Below, one piece after another: positions 1 to 11,660 of a DNA stretch of 64,000 bases. The stretch lies in the NCBI GenBank assembly GCA_024137785.1, contig JAHRHZ010000014.1, positions 48,801,884 to 48,865,883 of the forward strand, read 5' to 3'. The DNA is from Ginglymostoma cirratum. Its lineage: Eukaryota. The position numbers were made by a program, and so were the translations under genes. Positions within the stretch are counted from its first letter, which is position 1, and each line of letters begins with the position of its first letter. The notes beneath the pieces are model-generated. The model ran no database searches. It saw nothing but the letters and a program-made list of their open reading frames with translations, and was not told the DNA's origin.

Positions 1-89
1 TACAATTAAAGCAGACTTTGCTGGAGCTCATTAACTTAGCATTAGCGTCCCACTTCTAGACTTTTTAACCAGATCTGTCAAAGGGAGGA

Positions 90-1000
90 TTTCTAATGAA
101 ATGGTCCATGGCAGGGTTGAGAATAGCTGAACGATATTTTGATTTATTAGGTCCTGCTGTGGGACCTGATCTAAGCTGTTCTATCGCAAAGCTGGGTGAA
201 AGAGGCCAGCTTCTGAAACGAAACAGACATGGCAGCGAGTGACAGATGTAGTACGCAGCAGGAGTGTGGTCGTTTACACTCTGACTCAGTACTGCAGGAG
301 ATACAATGAAGGTAGAAAGTTTGGGAAGCGTGTTCCATTTTCAGGTTCAGTACTCATGGCAATCCTCATAAATGTATCTGGTAGCTCCACTCTTTGCTCC
401 CTCTCTTCAGCCACACCTCCCATCTCAGCAGCAGTGCTGATGCTTTTCGTGTTCTCATCTCTGACGTTGACCTCCCACAAATGATAGCTTTCCCAACCCT
501 TTGACATTCCATGATGCGTCACGTAGCTCGCATTCTCTTCTGCAAGGAGAGAAAGCAGCCCATGGAGACAGAGAAATGCAGGGTTATAGAAGGGACAACC
601 AACAGTAGTTAACTTTATAGCCACTAGCAATGCCACCCTTACCTGGTTCTCCACTAGTTATGAGGTCTTAGTTTCAGGAGGAGGCTGTAGATGTCAGCAA
701 CAATCCTGAAAGGTTGAGTTTGCTCAGGGGCAGGCACTCCCACATGTCGAGACAGCTCATGCTCTGTCTGTAAACCCTGCTTTGAGTTTCTTGTCTCCTT
801 TGAACTGTACCTTTTAGCAGAATCTCAGCAGGCTCTGAGCAATGTGTGGCTACAACAGGACATGCAGCAGAATTGAGCGAGATATTTGGTGAGGCCCATC
901 TTGACAGAGATGTCTCACCGCGTATCATACTAAGCAGATTTTGACTAAGCTGCAGCAAATTCCCAATTGGTGATCATTATTGTGCATTAAACACTGTCCT
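90..1000. mobile_element. Decayed PIF/Harbinger DNA transposon relic (Myb/SANT-like ORF on +, HARBI1-like transposase fragment on -)
   Basis: + frame 176-310 reads LFYRKAG*KRPASETKQTWQRVTDVVRSRSVVVYTLTQYCRRYNE, a Myb/SANT-like W..V...V.....R....C..R.N pattern. The - strand at 600-800 reads RRQETQSRVYRQSMSCLDM...VALLVAIKLTT, resembling the Harbinger transposase N-terminus. Stops and frameshifts present; boundaries approximate. Confidence 0.55.
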
Positions 1001-2799
1001 AACAGCCCAAATTACCAAGGTTCCAATCTTACCAACCATGCCATACAAATGATCCATCAGCAACACGGGCAATGGACTTTTTGTTCGCTTTAACTTTACA
1101 CTTGCTGCAAACAACTTTCATGTTGTGCATCAGGTGCGTGAAGTCAAGGGGTCTATAGCCTTCACACTGAGGATCCCAGGCAGAGGAAGCTATGGATAGC
1201 CTCAATACCAGTCCTGGGCTCGGTCGAGGCAATCAGAACTGTGATGGTGATGTCGTGGTTTGGGGTAGTGCCAACGAATGGCAGAGATGTTGCAGGCAAT
1301 AACAAGTGTGGTAAAACATGAGCTTTGGTGAAAGGTGAGTGCAGTAGCAGAGATGGAGTGAGTGTGAGATGTAGCAAATTGAAGATGGTGGCTGTTAGCC
1401 CAGTGGAGTGGAGATCATCAATGGCCTACGGTGCTGAGTGTTCCTTTCAACGCTGAGACTGCTTTGACCCTGGAGGGAATCACGGACCAGGCTGGCATGT
1501 CTGGCCTCATGGTCTCCGCTGCGTGGAGAAGAGGGCATCTCACCTATCCCTCACCCTGTCCAACAGGACCTCCGGGACTTAGGAATTAGGATAGTTGGGT
1601 GATTGTCTTTATCTTTGACCAGTGCAGACTCAGTGGACTGAAGGGACATTTTCTGTGCTTCAGACCTCTATGAATGCAGAGTTAAATTAAAAGATTAATG
1701 ATTTGTTTGTGTCCTTTATTGACTCTCCCAGTAGCTGCACAAGCGCACTGCTGTCACCTACCACACACTGGGGTCAAACCTGGGAGTGGGAGGAATTGGG
1801 TTGGGTTCCTGACCTGTTTCACCCACACACAGCCTGCCTCTCCTTAGCATTGAAATGTCCCACCAAAGTTTTTTAGACCAGGACGTATAGATTAGAATAA
1901 CTATATTGATGTCAAATCATGTGCAGAAAAGAAATTAAAGGGAGGAAAGGTAGATCGGATTAAAAGAGATAAAAGTTGAGAGCAAAATGCTTTTAAACAT
2001 TGAAAATCTCGAACATGAATTTAATTCTAAAGGAATGAGACTTCATATTTATTAAATAGAACTTCCAGGACCAGATAGGATGTTCTGAAGTTGGTAAGTC
2101 TCATCACACCATTTAAACTGATTTCTGCCTGAAGACACCAGTCTTAACATTTTTTGCAGTGTTTTGTGGATAAGCAGTAGTTACATTCAACAAGTTCATG
2201 CCCCTTGTGTGATGTTACATGACAGAGTCTTTCTTCATGGCACCATTGCAGTGAAGCTTGTGGCGCAACAGGGTAAACTGCACTGATTTTTACATTTAAC
2301 CATGAATGTGCACTCTCCAGAAATTGCTGTCGAATTTTTTCCCTAGTAACGGTGAGTGCTAACAGCCTTTGTTATCCTTGCTACACAACCTGAATCCAAA
2401 GTTTGCTTTGGAGTTCACAGTGACATTCCTTTCCTGAGACAAATGAAAGGTTTTGTTTTTGTTGCAGATATTTTTTACAGTGAAAACATTTAAACAATTT
2501 CATGTTTACATTTTCATATCTTAAAGCTGCAGATGTGTTTCATGTCAATGATGCAGACATCTTCGAAAAGTGTAGGGTGCAGCTGTGTATCAGAAGTGCT
2601 CGACAGTGTGGGAAATCTAAGCCCTACTGCAGACGCAACTATAATGGTGCCTCTTCTGGATTGTGGTAAGCAATCTTGACGTGACACTAACCTGGTTGCT
2701 GTTAATGAACCAAAGCATTGAATTAAGGTGAGTGTGTCTTGCTACAAATCTCGGCAAACAGTGATAGAAGTAGTTACTTTGACTCTGGTATGTAGTTTT

Positions 2800-3230
2800 A
2801 ACAAAGAACAGTACAGCATAGCAGCAGGCCCTTTGGCTCACCAAGCTTGCACTAACATGATGCCTTTCTAAACTTTAAAAACTTTTTGACTCTATGTGGT
2901 CAGTTTCCCTCTATTCCCTGCCTAATCATATATCTTTCAAGAGATAGTAGGTGAAGAAGGGTCTCAAGAAGGGTTTAGGCCCGAAACGTCAGCCTTCCTG
3001 CTCCTCTGATGCTGCTTGGCCTGCTGTGTTCATCCAGCTCTACACCTTGTTATCTCATATATCTGTCAAGATGCCTCTTCAACATTGCTATTGTATCTGC
3101 TTCAACTACATCCTGTCAGTACATTCCAGACACTTACCACCCTCTGTGAAAAAAATTGCCCCTCACATCTCCTTTAAACTTGCCCCCCTTTTATTTTGAA
3201 CATATGTTAATTGATGTTTCTACTGTGGAA
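2800..3230 (-). mobile_element. CR1 LINE 3' fragment, interrupted by a Penelope-like insertion
   Basis: Begins with the reverse complement of a CR1 3' tail (AACAAAGAACAGTACAGCATAGCAGCAGGCCCTTTGGCTC) and continues into ORF2-end-like sequence. Confidence 0.65.
2943..3054 (+). mobile_element. Penelope-like (PLE) short insertion, family A, with partial hammerhead motif
   Basis: GAAGGGTTTAGGCCCGAAACGTCAGCCTTCCTGCTCCTCTGATGCTGC...GTTATC. Flanked by a 17-bp TSD TCATATATCT(T/G)TCAAGA at 2926-2942 and 3055-3071. Confidence 0.8.
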
Positions 3231-3469
3231 AAAGCACAGTAGTTTGATTCTAACAGGTTGGTCTTTGGGAAAGGTGCATCAGCCTCTTTCTTGTTAGCTC
3301 TTATGACAGAGACTGTACACTCTAAACTTAAAAACAATAATTTGGCAACAGGTAAGTTACTGTACTGGTTGAATTTTTGAGGTAAAATTATTTCACTGTG
3401 TTACTCACAGTCAAGAATATGAGTTTTTAATTGGTCCATTGTTATGGTGAATTAGTTTCTCTGGCCACC

Positions 3470-4320
3470 AATGATGCACTTGGGCAGGACAAACAAGGCA
3501 AGGGAATACATAATGAATGGTAGGACCTTGGGGAGCACCAAGGATCAGAGGGATCTTGGTGTGCTTGCATATCAGTCCCTTAAAGTATCAGGGCAGGTAA
3601 AGTGGTTAAGAAGGTATATGGGATACTTGCCCTTATTAGCTGAGGCAAAGAGTTTGAGCAGGGAGGTTATCCTAGAACTGCATAAAATGCGAGTGAGGCC
3701 ACAACTAGAGTACAGTGTGCAGTTCTGGAATCCACATTATAAGAATGATGTGATTGCACTGGAGAGAGTGAAGAGGAGGTTGACCAGGATGTTGTCTGGG
3801 CTAAAGAGTTTGAGTTATGAGGAGAGATTGGATAGACTGGATAATACAGTGTGGAGCTGGAGGAACACTGCAAGTCAGGCAGCATCAGAGGAACAGGAAA
3901 GCTGACATTTCGGGTGGGGACCCTTTGGTTTTACGCAGGGTAGAGGAGATTGAGAGGGCACCTGAATGAGGGCATAAAATTATGGGGAGCATAGATACAG
4001 AAGAGACCTTTTCCCTGGGAGAGGGTTTAGTGACCAGGGTGCATAGATTTAAGGTAAGGCCAGGAGGTTTAGCAGGGAGGTTAAGGAAACTTTTTTTTAC
4101 CCACAGCGTGATGGGAATTTGGAACTCACTGCCTGAGGGATGGTAGAAGCATTAACCCTCATAACATTTTAGCAATATTTAGGTGTACACTTGTAATGCC
4201 AAGATGTACAAAGCCAAAGCTGGAAAATAGGATTGGAATAATTAGGTGGTGGTTTTTGACTGGCATAGACTTGATGTACTAAAGGACCTTTTTCTATGCC
4301 ATAGACTTCTATGACCATGA
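3470..4320 (+). mobile_element. CR1 LINE 3' fragment (ORF2 C-terminus and tail)
   Basis: ORF 3471-3905 MHLGRTN...QRDLGV...VRPQLEYSVQFWNPHYKNDVIALERVKRR...LSYEERL is homologous to the ORF2 end at 59150-59550. Confidence 0.9.
3840..3925 (-). mobile_element. PLE family A fragment inserted into CR1
   Basis: GATAATACAGTGTGGAGCTGGAGGAACAC...GCAGCATCAGAGGAACAGGAAAGCTGACATTTCGGGTGGGGACCCTT matches the copies at 16403-16496 and 43186-43281. Confidence 0.8.
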
Positions 4321-4539
4321 ATATTTTGAAAGATTCTGTGATTTGGTGCAAATTGCATGCTTAAAATTGTTCCATGGGCCTTATGAACTCTTAACTTGCA
4401 AGCTTTTGATTGACTGAAAACCTGACCTTCAAATTCAGTTTTCAGTGAAATTACACATTTTTAAAAAAGTGCCAGCATACAAACTGAGTGCTGTTTGATT
4501 GTGGTAACATCGAACAAGCATTTGAGCAGCTCCCTTTCT

Positions 4540-5000
4540 TCATACTGGTTTTAACATAGGGAAACATCCTGAGGTGCTTCAGGGGAATGTTATTAATCAA
4601 AACTTGACAAAAAAGCCATTTGAGATATTAAGGAAGATGACCGTAAACTTGCTCAAAGAGGTTTTAACAAGTACCGTAAAGAAAAAGGTAAAGAGAAAAC
4701 AGCCTGGGGAGGAAATTCGATAACTTACGGCCCATGCTGCCAAAACCATGGCTGTTAATAGTGAAGCAGAATAAATTGGGGAAGTGAAAGAAACCAAAAT
4801 TGGAGAAGCAGAAAGACTGCCAAGGTTGTGGAACTGATTGCAAAAATGGGGTAAGTTGAACACATGGAACAGTTTGCAAATGAAATTATTTTAAAATTTG
4901 AAGAATGCTAAACTGGAAGTCACTGTAGATTGAGAAGTGAAAGGGTAATGTGTGGATGGAACTTTTGAAAGTGAGAACATAGGCAATAAGATTTTGGATG
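4540..5000 (-). mobile_element. L2-like LINE 3' fragment
   Basis: Similar to 19035-19830 (CCAAGGTGCTTCACAG...CAAAAC...GGAATT motif order); highly diverged. Confidence 0.5.
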
Positions 5001-5049
5001 AGCTTGATTTACCTGACTGCAATCTCACATCTGAATCAAATATGACAGC

Positions 5050-6550
5050 ATAAGTCACAGAAGGAGGAGTAGACTGTTTGTCCACTTGAACATTCACCAC
5101 CATTCAGTACAATTACAGACCTGATCCTTTTGCTCAGCTCCACATTCCTGTCCAGTTCTGATTTTGATTTTCTGTGAGATCAGTAGGGCAGTCAGTCTTG
5201 ATCATAAATATACCGAATGATGCAGCATCAGGAATTTTCTGGGCCAGACAAACTTAAAAGGTTCACAGCCATCTGGGTTGTTTTTTTTTTCCCTCTTCTC
5301 AGTCCTAAATGATGCTATTTTATGCTGAGACTGTGATCCATGCAGGAAATAACCTTTCAGTATCTACCTTGCTAAGGCCCATTGAGATGTTTTCTGTTTC
5401 AATGAAATTATATCTCAATAGCTCTTGTTGCTAAAGTGATGAAGTGACACTAGGGTGGGGTAGGGGGACAGATTAGGGTCTTGAGCTCAATAATCAGCCA
5501 TGACTATATTGAAACGCAGAGAAAGCCTCTTGCTCCTATCTTCTTTTATTTTAAACTCCACAAAATATAGGGCCAGTTTACTTAGTCTTGTATCCCAACT
5601 GATTTAAGCTTCATTGTCTAGTCTGCAAGAAAAGTATTTCCTTCCTTAGATATAGAGACAAAACCTACGCATTGCAATTGAGGTGAGGTGACCCTACACA
5701 ATTCTAACATTCTTCCATGTTCTACTTCAGTCTTCTTCTAACAAAGTCCTTCCTTGCCAATTCTCTCTCTACTGGCGTGCTATCGTCTAATCATTGAACA
5801 AGTCCATCTGAGTATTCCTGAGCATCGTTATTTAAACATTTCAAGCACTTTTTTAAAAAAAAATCTCTTGTTGCTGCCAAAATGAATAAACTCATCCCTC
5901 CCACATTTTATACAAATCCTGCCACCTTGTTGCCCACTTATGCAGTCTATCTCACTCTGTCATCCTCAGAGCTCATAATTAAATTCCAACAAATTTATAT
6001 CTCTTAGTTTCTTTGTCTAATTATTCTAACTAGTAACTAACTGAATCCACGGTCCTGACCCTTGAGGTGCTGTATTAGTTATAACCTGCCCTCTTGAAAA
6101 TGCCCGCCTAGCCATACTGTTCGTTACCTGTCTGTTAATTAATCCTCGATCCAAGCTAACGTATTACCCTAAATACAGTAGCCCATATCTAGTGTATTAC
6201 CCTTTTGGAAATCCAAGTAAACTACTTCTACTATTTTCCCTTTATCCATCGTTATATTTTTTAAATCATTAAAAAGTTCCAATAAATTTTTCTAGCAAAC
6301 TTCCAATTTTCTAAGACCATCTGGGATCCAGGAAATTTTGGAAAAGTATTAATCAGTGCATCAGCTATTTGCAGCTACCTCTTTTCGAGCCCTCTGGTGT
6401 AAGCCAGCAAGCTTTGGGAATTTGTTATATTTTAGTTCCTTATGTACCTCCAACACTTTCACTCTGATGATCTTCATTGCCTTAAGTTCTTCACCCAAGT
6501 TAGCTTGGTTACCTCTTATTTCTGGTGTGCTGTTTGTATCTTCTACCATG
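5050..6550 (-). mobile_element. Old CR1 LINE fragments
   Basis: Degenerate reverse-complement CR1 ORF2 and tail motifs, e.g. GACCCTTGAGGTGCTGTATTAGTTA (GVPQGS region); ORF 6361-6549 resembles the APE-RT linker. Confidence 0.5.
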
Positions 6551-6785
6551 AATATAGGCAGGTAATATTTTCCAGCATCTCTGTCAGTTCATCATTCTCC
6601 TGTCTCTGCGTTCATGGGTCTAGTATTTACTTTAGCTACTTTTTAAAAAATTTATCAACATTCTCACAGTCTGTTTTTCTATTCTGCTAGCTTACTCTTA
6701 TTCTGTTTTACCCCTTTTCATCGACATTTTGATTATTCTTTGCTGATTTATAAACCTCTGAGTCCTCAAGCTTATTGCTATTTTA

Positions 6786-6970
6786 GAAATCACGCAACAC
6801 CAGGTTATAGTCCAACAGGTTTATTTAAAAACACAAGCTTTCGGAGTGTTAGTCCTTCTTCAGGTGTTAGTGAGAGAGGTAGTATCAGACACAGAATTTA
6901 TAAGCAAAAGATCAAAGGGTCACACCACTGATGAGGATGTATTAAACAAACCGAAGATGCTATAAAATTC
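6786..6970 (-). mobile_element. PLE family D terminal fragment
   Basis: GAAATCACGCAACACCAGGTTATAGTCCAACAGGTTTATTT...GCTTTCGGAG...CTTCTTCAGGTG is homologous to both ends of 47458-47960. Confidence 0.75.
6830..6868 (-). ncRNA. Minimal type I hammerhead ribozyme motif (family D)
   Basis: Minus strand: AACAC CUGAAGA A GGA cuaacac UCC GAAA GC UU GUGUU. It has a 5-bp stem I (AACAC/GUGUU), an intact core and a palindromic AAGCUU stem III. Confidence 0.75.
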
Positions 6971-8049
6971 TCACTGGTCATGACGCCACAACCTGGTTTG
7001 CACTGAGGGGACAAATCTCTTTCTCCATTCACTTTGTTGTGCATATTTTTGCTTTCTGCAAATAAAAACTGTATGTGATGTTCCCCAATTGGACAATGAT
7101 AAGCTGCAGGTCTGCCGTGGGCATCGGGTACAAGGTAGTTGCTGACTTAGAGGGTCGACATGCAGGATGTGTTGTGGACAGGTGAAGTGTGTGGCCTGGC
7201 GGCTAAAAGGTGACTAGAGTGAGAGAATGGGCTTGTATGTGTGAAGGCCTTAAAACTCCCTCAAAAGCTGTTCTTTCATGGAGTGCTTAACTGACAGCCC
7301 ACATCCTGACCTCCTTTCCTGGGTCTATGCCCTCTTGAATTCTTGGAATTTGCACTTCCAGCACTTGCTGAAGGTGTAACTTCATCTTTACACAGATAGC
7401 TAGCTTCATCTTCCTGGATTTGTTTGCAAAGCTGTAACCTGGCTCAGTTGCACCATGTAATTACATGCTTTCAACCCCCATTCTGCTGCGCTGAGCTATT
7501 AACTGTGCACAAGCTTCATATAAGCCCTTCCTAGCTTCAAGGATTTCCCTGAGCATCACCACAGAGAGTTATTGAACTACTTTAGGACTTTGCTGAGTCC
7601 AACTATTCAGAACCCATATTTTTCAATGCCCAACTATCAATAGTGTGTAGGCGTCTTTGGAACACTTCACAGCTCCTGGGACTTATCTGAGCCCTCAGAA
7701 TATGGTGCTATTCAGCTATTTTACGACTTCTTTAAGTCCAAAATACATAGACCCCCCCCCCCTTTAGTTCAGCTACCTTTAGCAGCACAGCTACCAACAA
7801 TGCTGCCTCACATGGAGTCTGCTTCTCTCTTATCTTGTCTTCCTCTGCAACTAGCTGCGACTCTCAGAACTACTCCTACTAACCACTGAACTGGCCTGAG
7901 TGACCTATTGAGATATTGTCATGGCTCCATCCCTGTAGCTGGACAGAAGTGAATGGAGCTAGTCTTTTGGAAGTGTCAGATGTAGCTAACCCTTGGATTT
8001 CCCTGTTCCTTAAACATTGCCATGTTTTACAGAATTTTGGCTTATTCCA

Positions 8050-8650
8050 TAATTTGCATACAACAAAAAGAACAGGAAATCATCACAATAGCCAATGAAG
8101 TACTTTTAAACAAAAACAGAAGTTGTTGGAAAAGCTCAGCAGGTCTGGCGGCATCTGTAAAGAAAAAATCAGAGTCAATGTTTCGGTGACCCTTCTTCAG
8201 AACAGAAGTACTTTTGAAGTCTGGTTGCTAGTGCCATGGAGGAAGTGCAGGAGTCAATTTACGCACAAAAACTTGCCGCAAAACAGCAATTTGGGCAGTA
8301 AGTAATGGCCTAGCTAGTGTCACCTACATTCCATGCGTAAATAAAACAAGATTTGATGACGACGATGTCATCTACATCAATGAAGTTGGATGCATAAGTA
8401 TTAGTCACGAAACTAGCGAGAAATTCCAGCTGTTCGTCAATGAGGCTTAGGGGATCTTTTGAATTTAGCATATTGGAACTCACTTTAACATCTCATCCGA
8501 CAGGCGGCACCTTTGATAATGCGGCACTTTAGGGTGACACTCCAGTGCATGCCAGTGAATGTTTTTGTGCTCAACTCTTTTTTGAGTGGGGTAACCCATA
8601 CTTTCTGACCTCTAGGTAAGTGTGATATCAACTGAGCCACAACTGACACC
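8050..8650 (-). mobile_element. Deu-domain tRNA-SINE (SacSINE1/AmnSINE1-like)
   Basis: tRNA-like head (minus strand GGTGTCAGTTGTGGCTCAGTTG at about 8630-8650) and Deu/tail motifs AGCCAATGAAGTACTTTTGAAG...TTTACGCACAAAAACTTGCCGCAAAACAGCAAT. Confidence 0.65.
8108..8204 (-). mobile_element. PLE family B short insertion
   Basis: AAAACAGAAGTTGTTGGAAAAGCTCAGCAGGTCTGGCGGCATCTGT...GTTTCGGTGACCCTTCTTCAGAAC. Perfect 11-bp TSD GAAGTACTTTT at 8097-8107 and 8205-8215. Confidence 0.85.
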
Positions 8651-10384
8651 TTGGTGTTAGTGAGACCATGGGTGCTAGTTAACTGATCTGTAATGGCTAG
8701 TAACAGTTGCTGTTTTTCTTAAACTGCATTAAAGTAGACAAATTTGAATTATTATCATTGGTAACAAATAATAATTTATTTTTAACCTTGGATCTTATTT
8801 TTGAGGCTTCAATTGAATTCTGTTACAGACAATTGATTGTGCTGACCTAGCAACAACAGACGATAGGCAGTCGGGACTAGAGATTGTGTCAAGTGTGCCC
8901 AAACTTGAAGTAATTTTAAAATTAAGCATGGAATACATGAGGGAGAGATATGGAGAAAGTTGCCTCGGACAAATGATGCAGGGAGATGAGGTCAAGTAAG
9001 AGAGCTCGGAACGAAGCCAGTGAGGATCAGTAGAAATTTGCTAAAGCAACGAAAGAAAGGAAGCTGCTGGGAAAGGAGACCATTGGGCCCCTAACTCAAC
9101 AACCAGAAGGACTGGTATGCCAGGAATGAAGAGCTAAGTGGCAGTGATTAAACAATCTTATTGTTTCAAGGGGTTCCAGTGAGTTGAAGTTAAAACGTGC
9201 TTTCTCTTGTCCAGTTATTTATCATTTATTTTTAAGAATGTTTAATGTTCCAGTTGTCTTTTTATATAATTTTAAATTGATCTGCTAAATGTCCTGCATT
9301 CACTGCCAGTGTTTCACATTTACTCACAAATGTAGTTCAAGCAGTTGCAGCTTTGCTCCACATCATTTTGTGGTGACCTCGGGGCACAATGGGAAGTTTA
9401 AACTCTGTGCTGATTTTTATCAGTAAATGCTGACATGTTGACATTACCTGGGAAACACAAACAGTTGACAGTTTAATGTATAGCGCAGGTTTGTTGCATA
9501 TGTTACAAATAGAACTCCCAGTGGTTGATGTGTGAATGCATGAATGCGTGTTGTTAATTGATCAAGCTGTTTGTGCCAGACCTGCCGCACCATATGTTAT
9601 CTTGGTACATATTGTACAAGGTCACCTGTCAGATCGTTTTAGTTTAATTCACTCAAAATATTCTGTTTAGCAAATAATTTACGTTGGATAAGTATGTAAT
9701 TGCACTTGCCTGGCTGCTCCAAGCTCCCAGGGCAACTTTCTTCAATTCTGTTAATTATTCTGTTATTCTGTAGGGAAAGAGTTTGAAAAGGGAGTCAGTG
9801 AAGGTGCTAATAGAAGGAAGAAAGGACATTCAATTGGCATAATTTTCATAAAACAAATGGATTTAGGTAAAAGCGACATGAACTTGTATTTACATAGCAC
9901 CTTTATAATAACACTTTGAATAATATAAAATAAAAATAATAAATATTGTAAGAAAAAAATTCGAAGTAAATTTTACATAGATTTAGGAATGTGAAATTGA
10001 ACCAAGTAACAGCTTAACTGAAAGAAAGGAAATTTATTCACACATGTCCTTTAAAAACAAGCCCAGGTGAAAATTTAGCTTGTCATTCGGACCACAGAAG
10101 TTAGAACTGAATAACAGTAACTACATTTATTATCAATGGTACATTGAGATAATATTTACGTCAATGTAAAATATTGAGCAAAGTTCATTGTGAGCAACCA
10201 ATGAGCAACCACCGCATCAAGTGCAGCAAGTCCAATATTCGGGAAAATTGTCTTTACAGTTATTTGAGTAAAGTTACTGGTCTCCAGCAACCTGCGTGAC
10301 TGAGTAAAGAAAGACAAATATAAACAGTTCTGAGAAAAAAATATCAGGTCTACCTATCAACTTGCCTACCTGAACTTCTTGACA

Positions 10385-10552
10385 TGGCCTGGTCTAAATT
10401 TCTGGAACTACCTCCCTAACAGTATGATGGAAGGAGCTACACCAAATGGACAGCAGCAGTTCAAGAAGGGAGCTCACACCTCCTACTCTAGGACAGCTAG
10501 GAATGGATAATAAATGCTGACCCAGCTAACAACAAATGAGGGAATAAAAAAA
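10385..10552 (+). mobile_element. 3' fragment of the LINE family at 26186-29160
   Basis: CTGGAACTACCTCCCTAACAG...CAGCAGTTCAAGAAGGGAGCTCAC...ATAAATGCTG matches the reverse complement of 26190-26360. Confidence 0.7.
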
Positions 10553-10879
10553 CTTCTTTTGACTGAATTTTGGGATTGCACTGTACGCTCTGGGCATCTG
10601 TGCACATCTGCCCTTTCAGGTGACCCTTCGCAATCTCATTATCCTTCAGACGTCCACATTCCCAATGTTAAGCCTTTTATAATAGTTCACAGACCCCTGG
10701 CAAACAATGTGATAACTAAAAATTGGTAGTTGCTGAGGACTCTTGTTCATGACCAGCACACTTGGTTCAAACATGCCAATAGCTGTGGCTTAGTCGCAAG
10801 TGGTGGCTTTCCATTTTGACTTCTCTGTTTATATTCGAAATGATTCCATATGAAAAGTTTCTCCCTCAGGAGGCCACGT

Positions 10880-11660
10880 GTCATAGAGTTTTTACTACAT
10901 GGAACTATGATGGTAATCAAATATTCATCTAGTCTAATCTATTTCACAGCGCTCAACACAAAACCTTGTATGCAATGGCCTTTCAAATTTTCATCTCGAT
11001 AGTTCTTAAATATCTTAAGGGTTCCTGCCTTCTCCATACTTTCAGGCAGTGAGTTCCAGACACCCACAACCTGCTGGGTGAAAAAAAAAGCTTTTCCCTC
11101 AATTCCTCTCTCAACCTTCAGCACCTTACCATAAAACTCTGCACCCTGTTTATTGACCCCTCTACTAAGGGGAAATGTTTCTGCCTCTCTACCTTGTGTA
11201 TTTCCCTCAGGACTTTGTACACCTCAATAATATCTTCCCCACCACCACAACCCCACCTTCCCACAGCCATCCTTTTCTGGTCTAAGAAAACATCTCAAGT
11301 CTATTTAGACTTCCTTCATCACAGGAATTGTCCAGCTCAGGCACATCCTGGTGAATCTCTTCTGCACCCTCCCTATTGCAACCACATCCTATGGTATGGT
11401 GACCAGAACTGTACACAGCACTTCAGCTGTAGCCTAATATCATACAAAGTTCCTTCATAACCTCCATGCTCTTGTATTCAGTGTCTTGACTCATAAAGGC
11501 AAATATCCCATATACTACCTTAAGCACATGATCTACTTGTCCTGCTATCTTCAAGAATCTATGGACGTGCAGACCAGGGATTCTCTGTACGTCTCAGTGC
11601 CCTGCCATTTCAATTTGTCCTCCCTTACCTTGTTAGTTCTCACAAAATGCATCACTTTTC
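10880..11660 (-). mobile_element. CR1 LINE 3' fragment
   Basis: ORF 10939-11124 (-) FFTQQVVGVWNSLPESM..AGTLKIFK is the CR1 ORF2 C-terminal motif. Confidence 0.85.

Noticed and set aside
3298-3351. Possible 54-nt exon (TTGTTAG...ACAG|GTAAGT; LMTETVHSKLKNNNLAT)
   Set aside because: Squeezed between CR1 fragments with no conserved-looking flanks, and phase 1 does not fit the phase-0 exons. Unsupported without RNA data.
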